Positions 16,562 to 26,043 of a stretch of DNA of 64,000 bases are shown here, piece by piece; within the stretch, counting starts at the first letter, position 1; each line of letters opens with the position of its first letter. The position numbers were made by a program, and so were the translations under genes. Where the stretch lies: the IMG/VR virus record IMGVR_UViG_3300020583_000014, positions 5,742-69,741 of that record; one strand, 5' to 3'. This DNA is from a virus. Below the pieces are notes generated by a model, which did not search any database, was not told where the DNA came from, and saw only the letters and a program-made list of their open reading frames with translations.

Positions 16562-19486
16562 TTAGTGGGTTACCACGTTAGGCTGCATCATAAGGATGGA
16601 GCCACACCCCACAGTTATCCAGTTATAATTAGTACCTGAGGAAAGACCTGTCACGGTTACAGTACGGTAGGTAAGTCCATCGTGTGCCCCCCCACTATCA
16701 GATTGGCTAACAACCGGCTGACCTGATGCATTCCTAACTATGCTGGAATATACTTTGATTGTACACGTGGACGTGGAAGGCGCATTGTACTGGACTGTTG
16801 CGGTTGTAGTCCCCGGCGTAATCAATAGACCATACATTATATTCCAGGGTGGTGTACCGGCAGCCACACCGGAGGTTGCTTGGTTGATTACGTCGATGTC
16901 CGCGCCGAGGTCTGTGCCGTCCGAACTGAGTTGAGTTGCCGATCCGTTTGCCGCGCTGTATGGACTGCTACTTGTGAGGTGACAATCCCCGCCAAACGTC
17001 CCGCAGGACGTGAACTTAATTACCGTGTTGTCTGCTGGCTTCTGAAAAGCATTGGCCAGAACATTCCCGCTTCCGAACGATCCTGGGCTGGGATACGTAC
17101 CCGTGGCCCCCTTCAACGCATTTGAAGACCAATAGCTGTTCTGGTAATAGGACGCAAGGGGCAAGCTTGCTTGGCCGACAAAATCCCCAACTGTGATGCT
17201 ATTCATAAACGTAGTCGTATCTGGAAGGGGTGACCATGGGCCGTTGGTGACAAAGCTAGCTGCCGCAATCATCGAGAAATTACCAGTATACGGCCAGCTA
17301 TCGGGTTGCCAGATAGTGTTGTGATTCTGGAGGTCACCAGTGTAGCCGTTCGAGGGACCATTCTCTATGGCTTGTCCGGGGCCGTCCGCTTCCATTTGCC
17401 AGGATTGGTTGCTGAAGCCACAAAGTGATGCAAAAGATGTACCGCACACGAGAGGGTTGGTGACCACCAGATTATTAACGATTGAGTTGCTACCAGGGGG
17501 AATCAGGCAGGGAACCGTCTGTGGGTTGCATTGTGTATCACGTGTAGCGGTCTTGAAAACATCAACCGCGTAGTTATTCATATATAGGATATGATCGTTA
17601 GAGAACCCAGGACCAGATCCGGTTTCCGCGCTGATTTTCCAGGCTTCTCCGGGTTGTCCGTAGGCGAACCCATACCGATACAGATTACCTATGTACGAAA
17701 ATAACCGCCCATTTTTTTGCTCAGTGTGGTTCTTGAAATCACCGGTCTGGGTAGGAAAAGAGGCGAGCGTGGTGGCCCAGACTCCGCTTGAATTACAACG
17801 AAAGTTGGTTGTCGTGGTGGTGTTGTTGAACCATTCGCCTCCCGAGTGGCCTGGGTCGGCGGTATCGTACAGACAGGCGGTTCCTGTGATTGTACTATCC
17901 ATCGCGACCGCGCCGGAATTGACGCGCCACGTCGGAGCTTTGTAGAAGTAGTTGCCGGCGAAAAGCTTGTTGGCGTTAGGGGGCGAATAAGGGGACCATG
18001 CGCCGCCGTAGAGCGTTACCTCCCCAGCCGCTTCTAGAAAGTTATTACTGATCGATGTAGGCCCCATTGAAGCCGTTCCCGAAATTGCCTGCGCCTCTCC
18101 GTCGTCTGCCCCCGTGATCCACGAGTCATGAATGTTTAGAAATTGAGAGTTGTCCACCAATGCCGTCACGATGGAGTGGTGACCTGAAGTATCGTGCGCG
18201 TAGCAGTGGTCTACTTCAAAGTGATGCGCCATTGCATTCTGGGATGTTTCGTTGCCATTTCCTAGGAATATAAGCGCATGGCCGAAACTACCAGAGTCGT
18301 TCTCTAGCAGTTCTAGGCCGCGCAATACCCAGTTATAAGGCAAATCCGCGCTCGCCATGGAGATCATCCCGGCGCCTGAACTTGTTAGAACTATTGGAGT
18401 GCCGCCAGGGGTAAGAGCCAACTGAAACGTTCCAGTGTTGCCGGAGCAGCCAGAGCAGGCCACAACGTAATAGATTTGATCCAGTTGCAACGGGGCTGGT
18501 AGAGTGCCGAAGGAATTGAAGCCAGCCGTGGAAAAGCTCACTCTCATGCCGTTGCTGACATTGCCGCCGTAACTGTGATACATAGTCAACGTGTTAGCGC
18601 TCACATTGACGTTGATCGGTACCCCAACATTAATATAGTTTCCAGTGGTGAAGCCTCCAGCCGCTTGCCACGTAGGTCCAGTCGGGTTGCACCAAAAGGA
18701 ATTTCCGGTGTTGGGGTTGTACGCTCCTGTGCCAGGACCAGGAGTCCAGCCAGTGCAAGAACCGGACTGATCTGAGCTTACGGTAGTGAAGCAGCCAGCG
18801 GTTGCGCAGGTACCCACCGACACAGGCGTGGTACAGGTCGAGTCTAACAATTGGAAGGTCGCATTGTTTGCGCCAGATGACCCGCTGTAACCAGTTACAC
18901 AGTAATGAGTCTTGAAGGTAAGCCCTGAGGGTGGGGTGAGTCCTACGATGTGGGCAGATCCCTCAGCCCATGGCTCAAACTCTACTTGGTAGCCGTTTCC
19001 CAAGCCGGTATAAAGTAGGGAACCGTTCAGCGTGACCGTGTTTCCGTTGAAGCTAACCACTGAATAATTGAAACTGTTGCCTTGGATCTCGGTACTCCAA
19101 ACAGTGGGCTTTGCCGCCAACCCCCCTCCCGCAAACGAGAGCTTACCGTAGATCGCCGAATCGTTCGCTGGATTGGTGCGGTAGCCGATAGGTGAGAACT
19201 GATTCCATGCGCTGGATTGTAAAAAGGTTAACTGTCCACAGTTCTGGAAATATGGGAGGTTTGCGTCACCCACCGCATAAAAAGCGTTGGCTACAATGAT
19301 GACAGTATCTCCACAAGCAAGGCCGTTTGCTGGATTAACCGCATGAGCAAGGGTAGCCCATGGGGCAGAGGCGGACGTGCCAGCGTTGGAGTCTGAGCCC
19401 GCTGGAGTGGCTGATGGGCTTGATACATACCAGATGGCTGCGTAACCATGAACCGCCGCAGCCAAAACTAATATCAGCTTCCTCAC
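16562..19486 (-). CDS. large beta-helix (pectin-lyase-like) protein with signal peptide; tailspike/depolymerase-like
   Basis: GTG start in GTGA overlap; MRKLILVLAAAVHGYA leader; YVS..GSDSNAGT...PWATL motif; beta-helix repeats; FN3-like C-terminus. Confidence 0.7.
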   Translation of the reverse strand: MRKLILVLAAAVHGYAAIWYVSSPSATPAGSDSNAGTSASAPWATLAHAVNPANGLACGDTVIIVANAFYAVGDANLPYFQNCGQLTFLQSSAWNQFSPIGYRTNPANDSAIYGKLSFAGGGLAAKPTVWSTEIQGNSFNYSVVSFNGNTVTLNGSLLYTGLGNGYQVEFEPWAEGSAHIVGLTPPSGLTFKTHYCVTGYSGSSGANNATFQLLDSTCTTPVSVGTCATAGCFTTVSSDQSGSCTGWTPGPGTGAYNPNTGNSFWCNPTGPTWQAAGGFTTGNYINVGVPINVNVSANTLTMYHSYGGNVSNGMRVSFSTAGFNSFGTLPAPLQLDQIYYVVACSGCSGNTGTFQLALTPGGTPIVLTSSGAGMISMASADLPYNWVLRGLELLENDSGSFGHALIFLGNGNETSQNAMAHHFEVDHCYAHDTSGHHSIVTALVDNSQFLNIHDSWITGADDGEAQAISGTASMGPTSISNNFLEAAGEVTLYGGAWSPYSPPNANKLFAGNYFYKAPTWRVNSGAVAMDSTITGTACLYDTADPGHSGGEWFNNTTTTTNFRCNSSGVWATTLASFPTQTGDFKNHTEQKNGRLFSYIGNLYRYGFAYGQPGEAWKISAETGSGPGFSNDHILYMNNYAVDVFKTATRDTQCNPQTVPCLIPPGSNSIVNNLVVTNPLVCGTSFASLCGFSNQSWQMEADGPGQAIENGPSNGYTGDLQNHNTIWQPDSWPYTGNFSMIAAASFVTNGPWSPLPDTTTFMNSITVGDFVGQASLPLASYYQNSYWSSNALKGATGTYPSPGSFGSGNVLANAFQKPADNTVIKFTSCGTFGGDCHLTSSSPYSAANGSATQLSSDGTDLGADIDVINQATSGVAAGTPPWNIMYGLLITPGTTTATVQYNAPSTSTCTIKVYSSIVRNASGQPVVSQSDSGGAHDGLTYRTVTVTGLSSGTNYNWITVGCGSILMMQPNVVTH

Positions 19487-20847
19487 TCCACCACCTGTAC
19501 AATCAATGTATTTGTGGAGGCATTTGCGGACACGGTACCGCAGGTAGTGGGCATCACTAATCCAGCTCCACTTCCTGTAGGAGCATTGCTTCCGGTAAAC
19601 GCGCCCTTTGCAGCCCCCGCTCGCGATTGCCATTGAGCTAAGTTCCCGTTTGAGCTGTCCGTATTGAATCCAGCAGCCCCCGCTCCAGTGTCTTCTCCAA
19701 GACTATAATAGAAAATACCTGCTGGAATCGTGATTGGCGTGATAGTTACGGTCACAAAGCCTGTACTTGCAAGTGAGAAATTGAGATCACTGCCTGAGAT
19801 TTTCGTACAGGTAGCGTCGAAAAAGGCAATCACTCCAAATTTGGCTGCCACTGCCGTGTCCACGTGTATTTGAATAGTAGTCACAGTCATAGGAACCGGA
19901 GTGAACTCCTGCCAAAAATAGCTCGTAGCGGCGGTAAAGGTTCCAGTAGTCCACAAGTTAGACCCATTTGGCTGATTCAGCAGCCACGGTAGGAATACGT
20001 TATTACCTGTGGTGGTAGGAGCACTTCCCCCACCGTTCGCCTGCTTCCATGTATTAGTGGCATCGCAAAAGTAGAGGTTCAACCCGGTCGTGTCAGTATA
20101 GAAGTCTCTCCCGGCAGTACAGTTTCCAGAGGGGGCTCCAGACCCAGTGAAGTAACGGGGCACCGTTACTGGATCAGTGGTCAACGTCTGCGCTCCTGAT
20201 ATTGCGCTTGGAGTGGACGCAATCCCTTGCCCCGCCACGATCACGTTACGTGAGTAAATGGAACGCTGATCCATCGCTTTAGTGATCGTGTCCCAGACGT
20301 TCGAGTGTATTGTTGTCGTCCAGAGTGGTACGGAATCAGCCGGGAATGCTGTGATTCCAGAAGCAATCGTGCACCCAGAACAGGTAAGCGTTTCTGCCCC
20401 ATTCATACCTACATATAGGATACTATTCAGTTCATACCAATAGACAGTATCATTTGAACTTGTACCACTAATAGTGACAGTAGCCCCTGAAGTCAGGGTC
20501 AAGACGACAACGGACCCTACCCTAATTTGGCACGGTAATGTTGCACTACAAAGGGCTCCAATTGCCTGCACTGTACCGGATGTATTAGAGACATTAAAGT
20601 CAATAAGGCTTGTAGCCGCTAGAGTAGCTGAGGTAGTACAAGTTGGGCAACTGATAACACCAGTCCCAGTAGTTGGACTGGGGGTTACCACCACAGGGGA
20701 TGTGGCAGTTATACTGACAGAACCTCCCCCACCAGAGCTTACACAATCCAAAAGACCTGTGATTGGATTTAGGGTTAACACAGAGCACTGCCCATATGCT
20801 GCCTGAGATAGCCCTAACATTAGAAAAACTAATATAATCTGTTTCAT
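19483..20847 (-). CDS. Thr/Ser/Gly-rich fibre-like protein with signal peptide
   Basis: Start MKQIILVFLMLGLSQAAYG-Q at 20847; GSGAPSGNCTAGRDFYTD..LYFC motif; paired Cys. Confidence 0.65.
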   Translation of the reverse strand: MKQIILVFLMLGLSQAAYGQCSVLTLNPITGLLDCVSSGGGGSVSITATSPVVVTPSPTTGTGVISCPTCTTSATLAATSLIDFNVSNTSGTVQAIGALCSATLPCQIRVGSVVVLTLTSGATVTISGTSSNDTVYWYELNSILYVGMNGAETLTCSGCTIASGITAFPADSVPLWTTTIHSNVWDTITKAMDQRSIYSRNVIVAGQGIASTPSAISGAQTLTTDPVTVPRYFTGSGAPSGNCTAGRDFYTDTTGLNLYFCDATNTWKQANGGGSAPTTTGNNVFLPWLLNQPNGSNLWTTGTFTAATSYFWQEFTPVPMTVTTIQIHVDTAVAAKFGVIAFFDATCTKISGSDLNFSLASTGFVTVTITPITIPAGIFYYSLGEDTGAGAAGFNTDSSNGNLAQWQSRAGAAKGAFTGSNAPTGSGAGLVMPTTCGTVSANASTNTLIVQVVE

Positions 20848-20851
20848 TTTA

Positions 20852-20874
20852 TGGTGTGTATTAAATACAAGCCC
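20852..20874. repeat. 23-bp dispersed palindrome copy (intergenic)
   Basis: tggtgtgtattaaatacaagccc. Confidence 0.9.
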
Positions 20875-20884
20875 TGTTTTGGGG

Positions 20885-21493
20885 TTATTGATATGCAAGT
20901 GAGGCACGAGAGGAGCAGGCAAAACTACCCCCCGTAGAACTAGTAGTAAGGTTAGTACTACCTGCACCCCCGGCAGTGCCAGCCCAAGCCGATCCAATAA
21001 AGTTGTTGGACCCATCATAGAAAAGCTGCTGGATAGCCCATACAGGTTGATTAAGGCGTGGGCACATTGTTGTAACCACTGGGGTTCCTGTGACAGTACC
21101 AAATCCAGAGGAATTAACGGGGATAGTAAAGGCATTTGCTGAGGTAATAGTAGCGGCCCATACTCCGTTCGCCGGGCTCCATGCACCCGTAAACCCACTT
21201 ACCATTACTATAGGGGATATAACTAGGTTAGGCAAATTTGTATAATCACCAAGATTATGCGCTGTAGCTGTAAAACTGAGGGAACTTGCAGCGGTTGGGG
21301 AAGATACAACTATAGTGGTGAGCTTTGATCTAGATGCAGCTTTGCAAATATACTGAATTAATCCAGCATTATTGTAGGCTAAAGTCTGAATAGCAGTTGG
21401 TGGACTACCCGCAGACTGATTTACTGCTTGGCCATCTGGTATCTGTGCCCTTATAAGCGTAGCCGCCATTAACCCAAAAATAATCCTTTTCAT
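20885..21493 (-). CDS. beta-rich protein with signal peptide (FCCH-like domain)
   Basis: AAGGAG SD; MKRIIFGLMAATLIRA-Q; TATAHNL..VSG....NG....T.....FTI motif. Confidence 0.65.
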   Translation of the reverse strand: MKRIIFGLMAATLIRAQIPDGQAVNQSAGSPPTAIQTLAYNNAGLIQYICKAASRSKLTTIVVSSPTAASSLSFTATAHNLGDYTNLPNLVISPIVMVSGFTGAWSPANGVWAATITSANAFTIPVNSSGFGTVTGTPVVTTMCPRLNQPVWAIQQLFYDGSNNFIGSAWAGTAGGAGSTNLTTSSTGGSFACSSRASLAYQ

Positions 21494-21515
21494 TATTTCT
21501 CCTTAAGGCTATAAT

Positions 21516-21582
21516 AAGAAAAGGTGGGCTGCGTTAACAGACCCACCCTGTAGCACCGAGAATACAGGAGATTCTACGATGC
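21516..21582 (-). ncRNA. candidate small RNA / attenuator (anti-SD stem-loop plus terminator)
   Basis: Promoter TTGAAG-17-TATTAT (21589-21617); hairpin with CUCCUGU loop; GGUGGG..CCCACC hairpin followed by UUUUCUU. Confidence 0.5.
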
Positions 21583-21664
21583 CCCCTTATAATAGCATTC
21601 TGTTTACCTGTCTTCAATGTGGAACACCCATAGGGGATAGAAAAAGCTGGAGACATATTAAATC

Positions 21665-23995
21665 CTAGATTGGGTTGCCCTTAGAATCAGTACCATTTAG
21701 CAAAGTTGCACCGTGACGTACTAAATATAATCCCCCTGGTAGTTTGGAGTTAGACTTCATATCAATCTTTTCCATTTTAGGTTTTGACCCTACCCAATGA
21801 AGCCTATGTACAGATGTCGGAGGGTCATCGCCTTTCTGGGTCATCATCTTAGAATTAATCTCCATTGAATCAGGAAATCCTTTAGCGGCCCAACTTTGTG
21901 CCAGCCGCAAATCCCGATAGTGCGTAATAAGGGCCTTTCTCTCTGTTGGCTTAGATTTCAATTCCTGTAGGCGTTTCTTTAATCCACCCAAAGTTCTCCT
22001 TTTGAAATCTACGAAGCTCTCGCCTGGGGATGTTGATTTCTCCCCCATTCCAGGAACCTTAACATTGGGCTGCTTAATTATATAATTGTGAATCTTATCC
22101 AAGACCTTCATGGTTGGCTGGCCCTCTATAGAGCCAAGAGCCCATGGCCTAAGGTCCTTAACCTTCTTAGATATAGGTACCCCTATAGCCTTAGATATAG
22201 CTTCTGCGGTTTGTACTGCCCTATGCAAATTACTAACCTCGATAGAGTCCACACCACCCTTAGCCTTAAACCTATCCCCTAGTTCTCTAGCCTGCTCTAA
22301 TCCTTTTTTGGATAATGGAATATCGAAACTCCCTCTGATTACGTCTTGTCCAGAGCGGGCCATATCAGGTATTGATTCCTTATCAGGTACAACTACTCCC
22401 CCTTTAGCTAGGGCAATTACCCCCCCCCCAGCCATTCCAGGTGGTGGGGTAGGAGGTACCCCTAACTTATCCCGTACTATCTTTCTAGCCCCCTCACTTA
22501 AATCCATCTTGTCTAAGCTATTAGAGAACTCGGACAACTTATCCGGCTGTGTCTTTAGATCATCAAGGGTAGCCCCCTGCTCTTTCAATGAATCCCCAAA
22601 GGTCTTGAGGAAGGAATTAGCCTCATGAATAATAGGCCCATTGTTGACTGCTGGGGGGGCAATAGTAGCTACCCGTCCTGGGGGTGTACCGGGAGCCAAA
22701 ATACCCTTTAATTGCTCTGCTGCACTGCCCCCATTAGGGCTTGTATTTAATACAGACCCATTTTGTGGGGTTACCGGGGGGACCTGTTTACGCTGTAGTA
22801 CATTACGCATAGCATTCCCTAAATCCTGGGGATTACCAGGAGGGGGGATAGCTGGGCCACGATTGGGAGGGGGCTGCATAGATGGTTCTGGTGGGGACTG
22901 CATCCTCTTCTGTAAAACTTGGGCAGCGGGGGCTACCCAAGGCTTTGGCATAGGCCCAGACCCATTCTGAGGGGGGGTAGGCATAGGTTGGGCCGGTACA
23001 TCATTTGGTACAACTGGTCCGGTTGCCCCTTCAGCCATAACACCTTGATTATACACCCCCCCTACCGGGGGTGCAGGTTTAACTGGAGGTTGAACTATTC
23101 CAGGAGGTACTCTGGTATTGACTGTAGATGAGCCCCCCATACTAGGGACTGAGGTAGCCTGTGTAGGTTGGGGGGGCAACCCGGTACCAGTAGGGGCTGG
23201 TTTAACTGGGGGAACAACAGGTCCCATGGAGGGTACATTAGAGGGAGGCTTGACTAACTTAGGATTAGTAGCTGGAATTGGACCCCCAGGACCCCCAGTA
23301 GATTGGGTTGGGGGCTTAGGTGGCATTATGCCGGGGGGGGTACCAGTCTGGTTAGGGGGGGGTGGGGTACCCTCAGGGGGTATTTCTCCCCCCTTAGCTA
23401 TATAATCTAGAAGATTAGCCGCCCCTTTCATTATGGCTACCTTAGGGTGTAAAGCCGCCTCCGCTGCTGCTTTAGCCGCTGATCCAGGGGTTATCCCAGC
23501 ATTCCTCAAGGCCCCAAAAGTCTTAGTGGCTCCATGCAGTAATACCCCTGATGCTACTGTACCAGCTAAAGCACCATAATCATCATTCCTTATATCTTGC
23601 TCTGCCTGCCTAATTAAAGGGCCTAATAGTGGGATATCCTCTACAGTACTAAGGGCCGCACGCCCATAATTTCCCTTATTAAATGCGTCTGATGCCTCTT
23701 TAGCCACATCTTTATTTGGGGTTACTATAGATTGGGCTGTACCTATAGGATGCTTCAATAAAGCGGAGGCCAAAGGTAAAGGATTAAGATTCTCCTCCAA
23801 CCTACCAAAGAAACCAGTTTTTGTAGCTGGAGCAAATAGGTGGTTTACTATCTCTGTATCTTTATACCCATCTCCCCTAGCAGCCTGAATCTTAGAGGCC
23901 ATATCGGGTTGGCTTTGGGATATAAAGTTTAGGATAGCATCGTCTCCATAACCATCAGCACGGGCTTCGGCTATCTTTTTAGATAAATCAGCCAT
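21665..23995 (-). CDS. putative internal/ejected virion protein with C-terminal circularly permuted histidine phosphatase
   Basis: N-terminal AR.DGY.D..I repeats, Pro-rich linker, then DIPLS..G..QA, RA.QTA, PGES, LITH and finally LYLVRHG at the C-terminus. Confidence 0.7.
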   Translation of the reverse strand: MADLSKKIAEARADGYGDDAILNFISQSQPDMASKIQAARGDGYKDTEIVNHLFAPATKTGFFGRLEENLNPLPLASALLKHPIGTAQSIVTPNKDVAKEASDAFNKGNYGRAALSTVEDIPLLGPLIRQAEQDIRNDDYGALAGTVASGVLLHGATKTFGALRNAGITPGSAAKAAAEAALHPKVAIMKGAANLLDYIAKGGEIPPEGTPPPPNQTGTPPGIMPPKPPTQSTGGPGGPIPATNPKLVKPPSNVPSMGPVVPPVKPAPTGTGLPPQPTQATSVPSMGGSSTVNTRVPPGIVQPPVKPAPPVGGVYNQGVMAEGATGPVVPNDVPAQPMPTPPQNGSGPMPKPWVAPAAQVLQKRMQSPPEPSMQPPPNRGPAIPPPGNPQDLGNAMRNVLQRKQVPPVTPQNGSVLNTSPNGGSAAEQLKGILAPGTPPGRVATIAPPAVNNGPIIHEANSFLKTFGDSLKEQGATLDDLKTQPDKLSEFSNSLDKMDLSEGARKIVRDKLGVPPTPPPGMAGGGVIALAKGGVVVPDKESIPDMARSGQDVIRGSFDIPLSKKGLEQARELGDRFKAKGGVDSIEVSNLHRAVQTAEAISKAIGVPISKKVKDLRPWALGSIEGQPTMKVLDKIHNYIIKQPNVKVPGMGEKSTSPGESFVDFKRRTLGGLKKRLQELKSKPTERKALITHYRDLRLAQSWAAKGFPDSMEINSKMMTQKGDDPPTSVHRLHWVGSKPKMEKIDMKSNSKLPGGLYLVRHGATLLNGTDSKGNPI
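22737..22759. repeat. 23-bp dispersed palindrome copy (in CDS)
   Basis: gggcttgtatttaatacagaccc, read as GSVLNTSP. Confidence 0.95.
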
Positions 23996-26043
23996 TATTG
24001 TAGGTGCTCGGAAAGTGGCTTCCTATGTTGAGCCCCTGGAGGAGCCACATTGGTGCTAAGAGGATTTATACCATACTTGTCAAATACAGCTTTAGCAGAT
24101 GGCATAATAGGGCTCCAGACATTATCGTCTGGATTAGTCTGCTTATATCTATCCTCATATGTTCTTAATTTAGCCCCAAATACTTTAAGCCCTTCCTGTG
24201 TAATTCCAAGGGCCTGTTGTGGGGAAGAAAAACCACCCTGAAGGGATGCTAAGACATGAGCAATTTCCGGGTCAGTGGCATTACCTTTTAGGGCTGTAGC
24301 AGCTTCACCAGCAAGGGCATTTAATACAAACTGTTGGTTAGTTGGCTTATCAGATCCAAACTTCTGAGCTATATAATTGTACACAGCATTCCCAGGTTGG
24401 AAGGAACCATTATTCATAGCTACTACTGCATCATGTAACTGCCCTAAATGTATAGAAGCAGTATTGAGAGCCCCAATATTCCTACCATCAGGCCCAGTAG
24501 TAAAAGCTTTCCTAATCTGAGCCCTTTGTTCATTAAATTGGGGGTCATATTTGAAGACAGCATCCCTTATTAAAGCACCAGACCCTCTTGTTCCAAGAGG
24601 GGGTATAGTTGCCCTGCCCTCTGAAATTGCTTTAACCTGTGCTGCTGTCCCTGGGGCCGACTGCTGTAGGGCATCTAGATATTCCTGCCCAGTCAAAGAG
24701 CCACCAACAGGGGCTGAATTTGCCCCAGACCCCCCACCCAATCCAGGAATACCAACTATATTTATATTAGGATTAGTCTTAGATAGGGTTATAGCCTTCC
24801 TAAGAATATCGGGGCTTAACTTAGGATCATCCGGATTACCACCAAGGGACCGTATGGCTGCTCTAAGTTCCCCAGTATACTCTTTAGACTGGTTAGTTTC
24901 TTTTGGGTCATTGGTTGCAATTATATTAGCTGGATTACTAGCATCTCTAATTACAGATCCAGGAGGAGTAACAAGGGGCTTAGGAGTAGCGGGGGATTTA
25001 ACATCCCCAGTAGTGGTGCTAAATATTCCTTGAGGTGAAGATGCAAACTCCCTCTGTTTAACACCTGTTGGATTAAGGGCAAACTGCTGGGCTGTGCTAT
25101 CATCCATCCCAGGAATCTCCATGGCCTGTAAATATCTCTCCCTAACTGTTAATTGAGGCTTGATAGCAGCCAATCTATTGGCATTAGCCTCTTCCCTCCA
25201 AGCTCTAGTGGTAGCTATCTGGTCACTTCGGAGCATAGCTGCTTCCCGCTCTGCCTCCTGCTGCGTTTCTTGATTAGCCAAGGCCCCCACATGCTGGGCC
25301 ACACTAAAGGCCCCTGCTGCCTGCCCCTCTCGGCTCAATCTATTTCCTATTTGGGGGAGCCCAATACTACTGAGGGTAATCCCAAGAGCTTCCTTCCATC
25401 CTGGAACCTTCTTATGTACAGCATCCACATAAGCCTGATTAGCTTCCGCTGCTGGTTTATCTAAGGGCAGATTACCTATTCTGGATTGAAACGGGGGGGT
25501 AGAGGGCTGACCGGCTACCGATTGTGACATTTCTCCAGGAATGGCTCCTCCTGGAGTAGTCTCCCCAGCTTCTAACTTATTGATATCAGAGGGTGGAGGA
25601 GTGCTTGTATTTAATACACGCCCTGTTTGAGGGGGTGGGGGGGCAGTGGAATCTGGGGGGATAGGCCCATTTTGAGCTAACAAAGCCTCTTCCTCAGGGG
25701 TTTTCTTCTTCTTCCTCATCCCCGGCATGGGATTATTAGGCATAGGAGCCGGAGGCATACCCTGAGATTGAGGCATCGGGGGCATACTGGGTGATGTCCC
25801 CATTGGTGGAACTGCACCCTGAGAGCTTACTGGGGATTGATCGTAGGGAGAGAGCGGGGTAGGATTCTGGGGGGGAGCGGGCATAGGGTCATAGGAAGCC
25901 ACAACCCCATCTTGGGCAGGTTTCAACCCACGTTTTTGGGCAGTAGCAAAGAAGACAGACTTACCCTTTTTGTCCCCGTACTCGGAGCGCATATTCTCTA
26001 GGACCTCGGCCCCATGCCCTTTAAAATAGGCCGGTATGGGCAC
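23995..26043 (-). CDS. putative internal/ejected virion protein
   Basis: Middle of three large low-complexity genes after the tail genes; N-terminal M..EYG.KKG.SVF.A motif, Pro/Met-rich segment, helical C-terminus. Confidence 0.55.
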   Translation of the reverse strand: MPIPAYFKGHGAEVLENMRSEYGDKKGKSVFFATAQKRGLKPAQDGVVASYDPMPAPPQNPTPLSPYDQSPVSSQGAVPPMGTSPSMPPMPQSQGMPPAPMPNNPMPGMRKKKKTPEEEALLAQNGPIPPDSTAPPPPQTGRVLNTSTPPPSDINKLEAGETTPGGAIPGEMSQSVAGQPSTPPFQSRIGNLPLDKPAAEANQAYVDAVHKKVPGWKEALGITLSSIGLPQIGNRLSREGQAAGAFSVAQHVGALANQETQQEAEREAAMLRSDQIATTRAWREEANANRLAAIKPQLTVRERYLQAMEIPGMDDSTAQQFALNPTGVKQREFASSPQGIFSTTTGDVKSPATPKPLVTPPGSVIRDASNPANIIATNDPKETNQSKEYTGELRAAIRSLGGNPDDPKLSPDILRKAITLSKTNPNINIVGIPGLGGGSGANSAPVGGSLTGQEYLDALQQSAPGTAAQVKAISEGRATIPPLGTRGSGALIRDAVFKYDPQFNEQRAQIRKAFTTGPDGRNIGALNTASIHLGQLHDAVVAMNNGSFQPGNAVYNYIAQKFGSDKPTNQQFVLNALAGEAATALKGNATDPEIAHVLASLQGGFSSPQQALGITQEGLKVFGAKLRTYEDRYKQTNPDDNVWSPIMPSAKAVFDKYGINPLSTNVAPPGAQHRKPLSEHLQ
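25601..25623. repeat. 23-bp dispersed palindrome copy (in CDS)
   Basis: gtgcttgtatttaatacacgccc, read as GRVLNTST. Confidence 0.9.

Noticed and set aside
19487-21198. Long N-terminal extensions in the ORF track for 16562..19633 and 19483..21198
   Set aside because: They overlap upstream genes; the internal starts at 19486 and 20847 give clean coupling and signal peptides.
24314-24333. Additional palindrome copy (gggcatttaatacaaactg)
   Set aside because: Only a half match, lacking TGTA and CCC; probably chance. The near-matches at ~30161 and ~34568 have the wrong core spacing.
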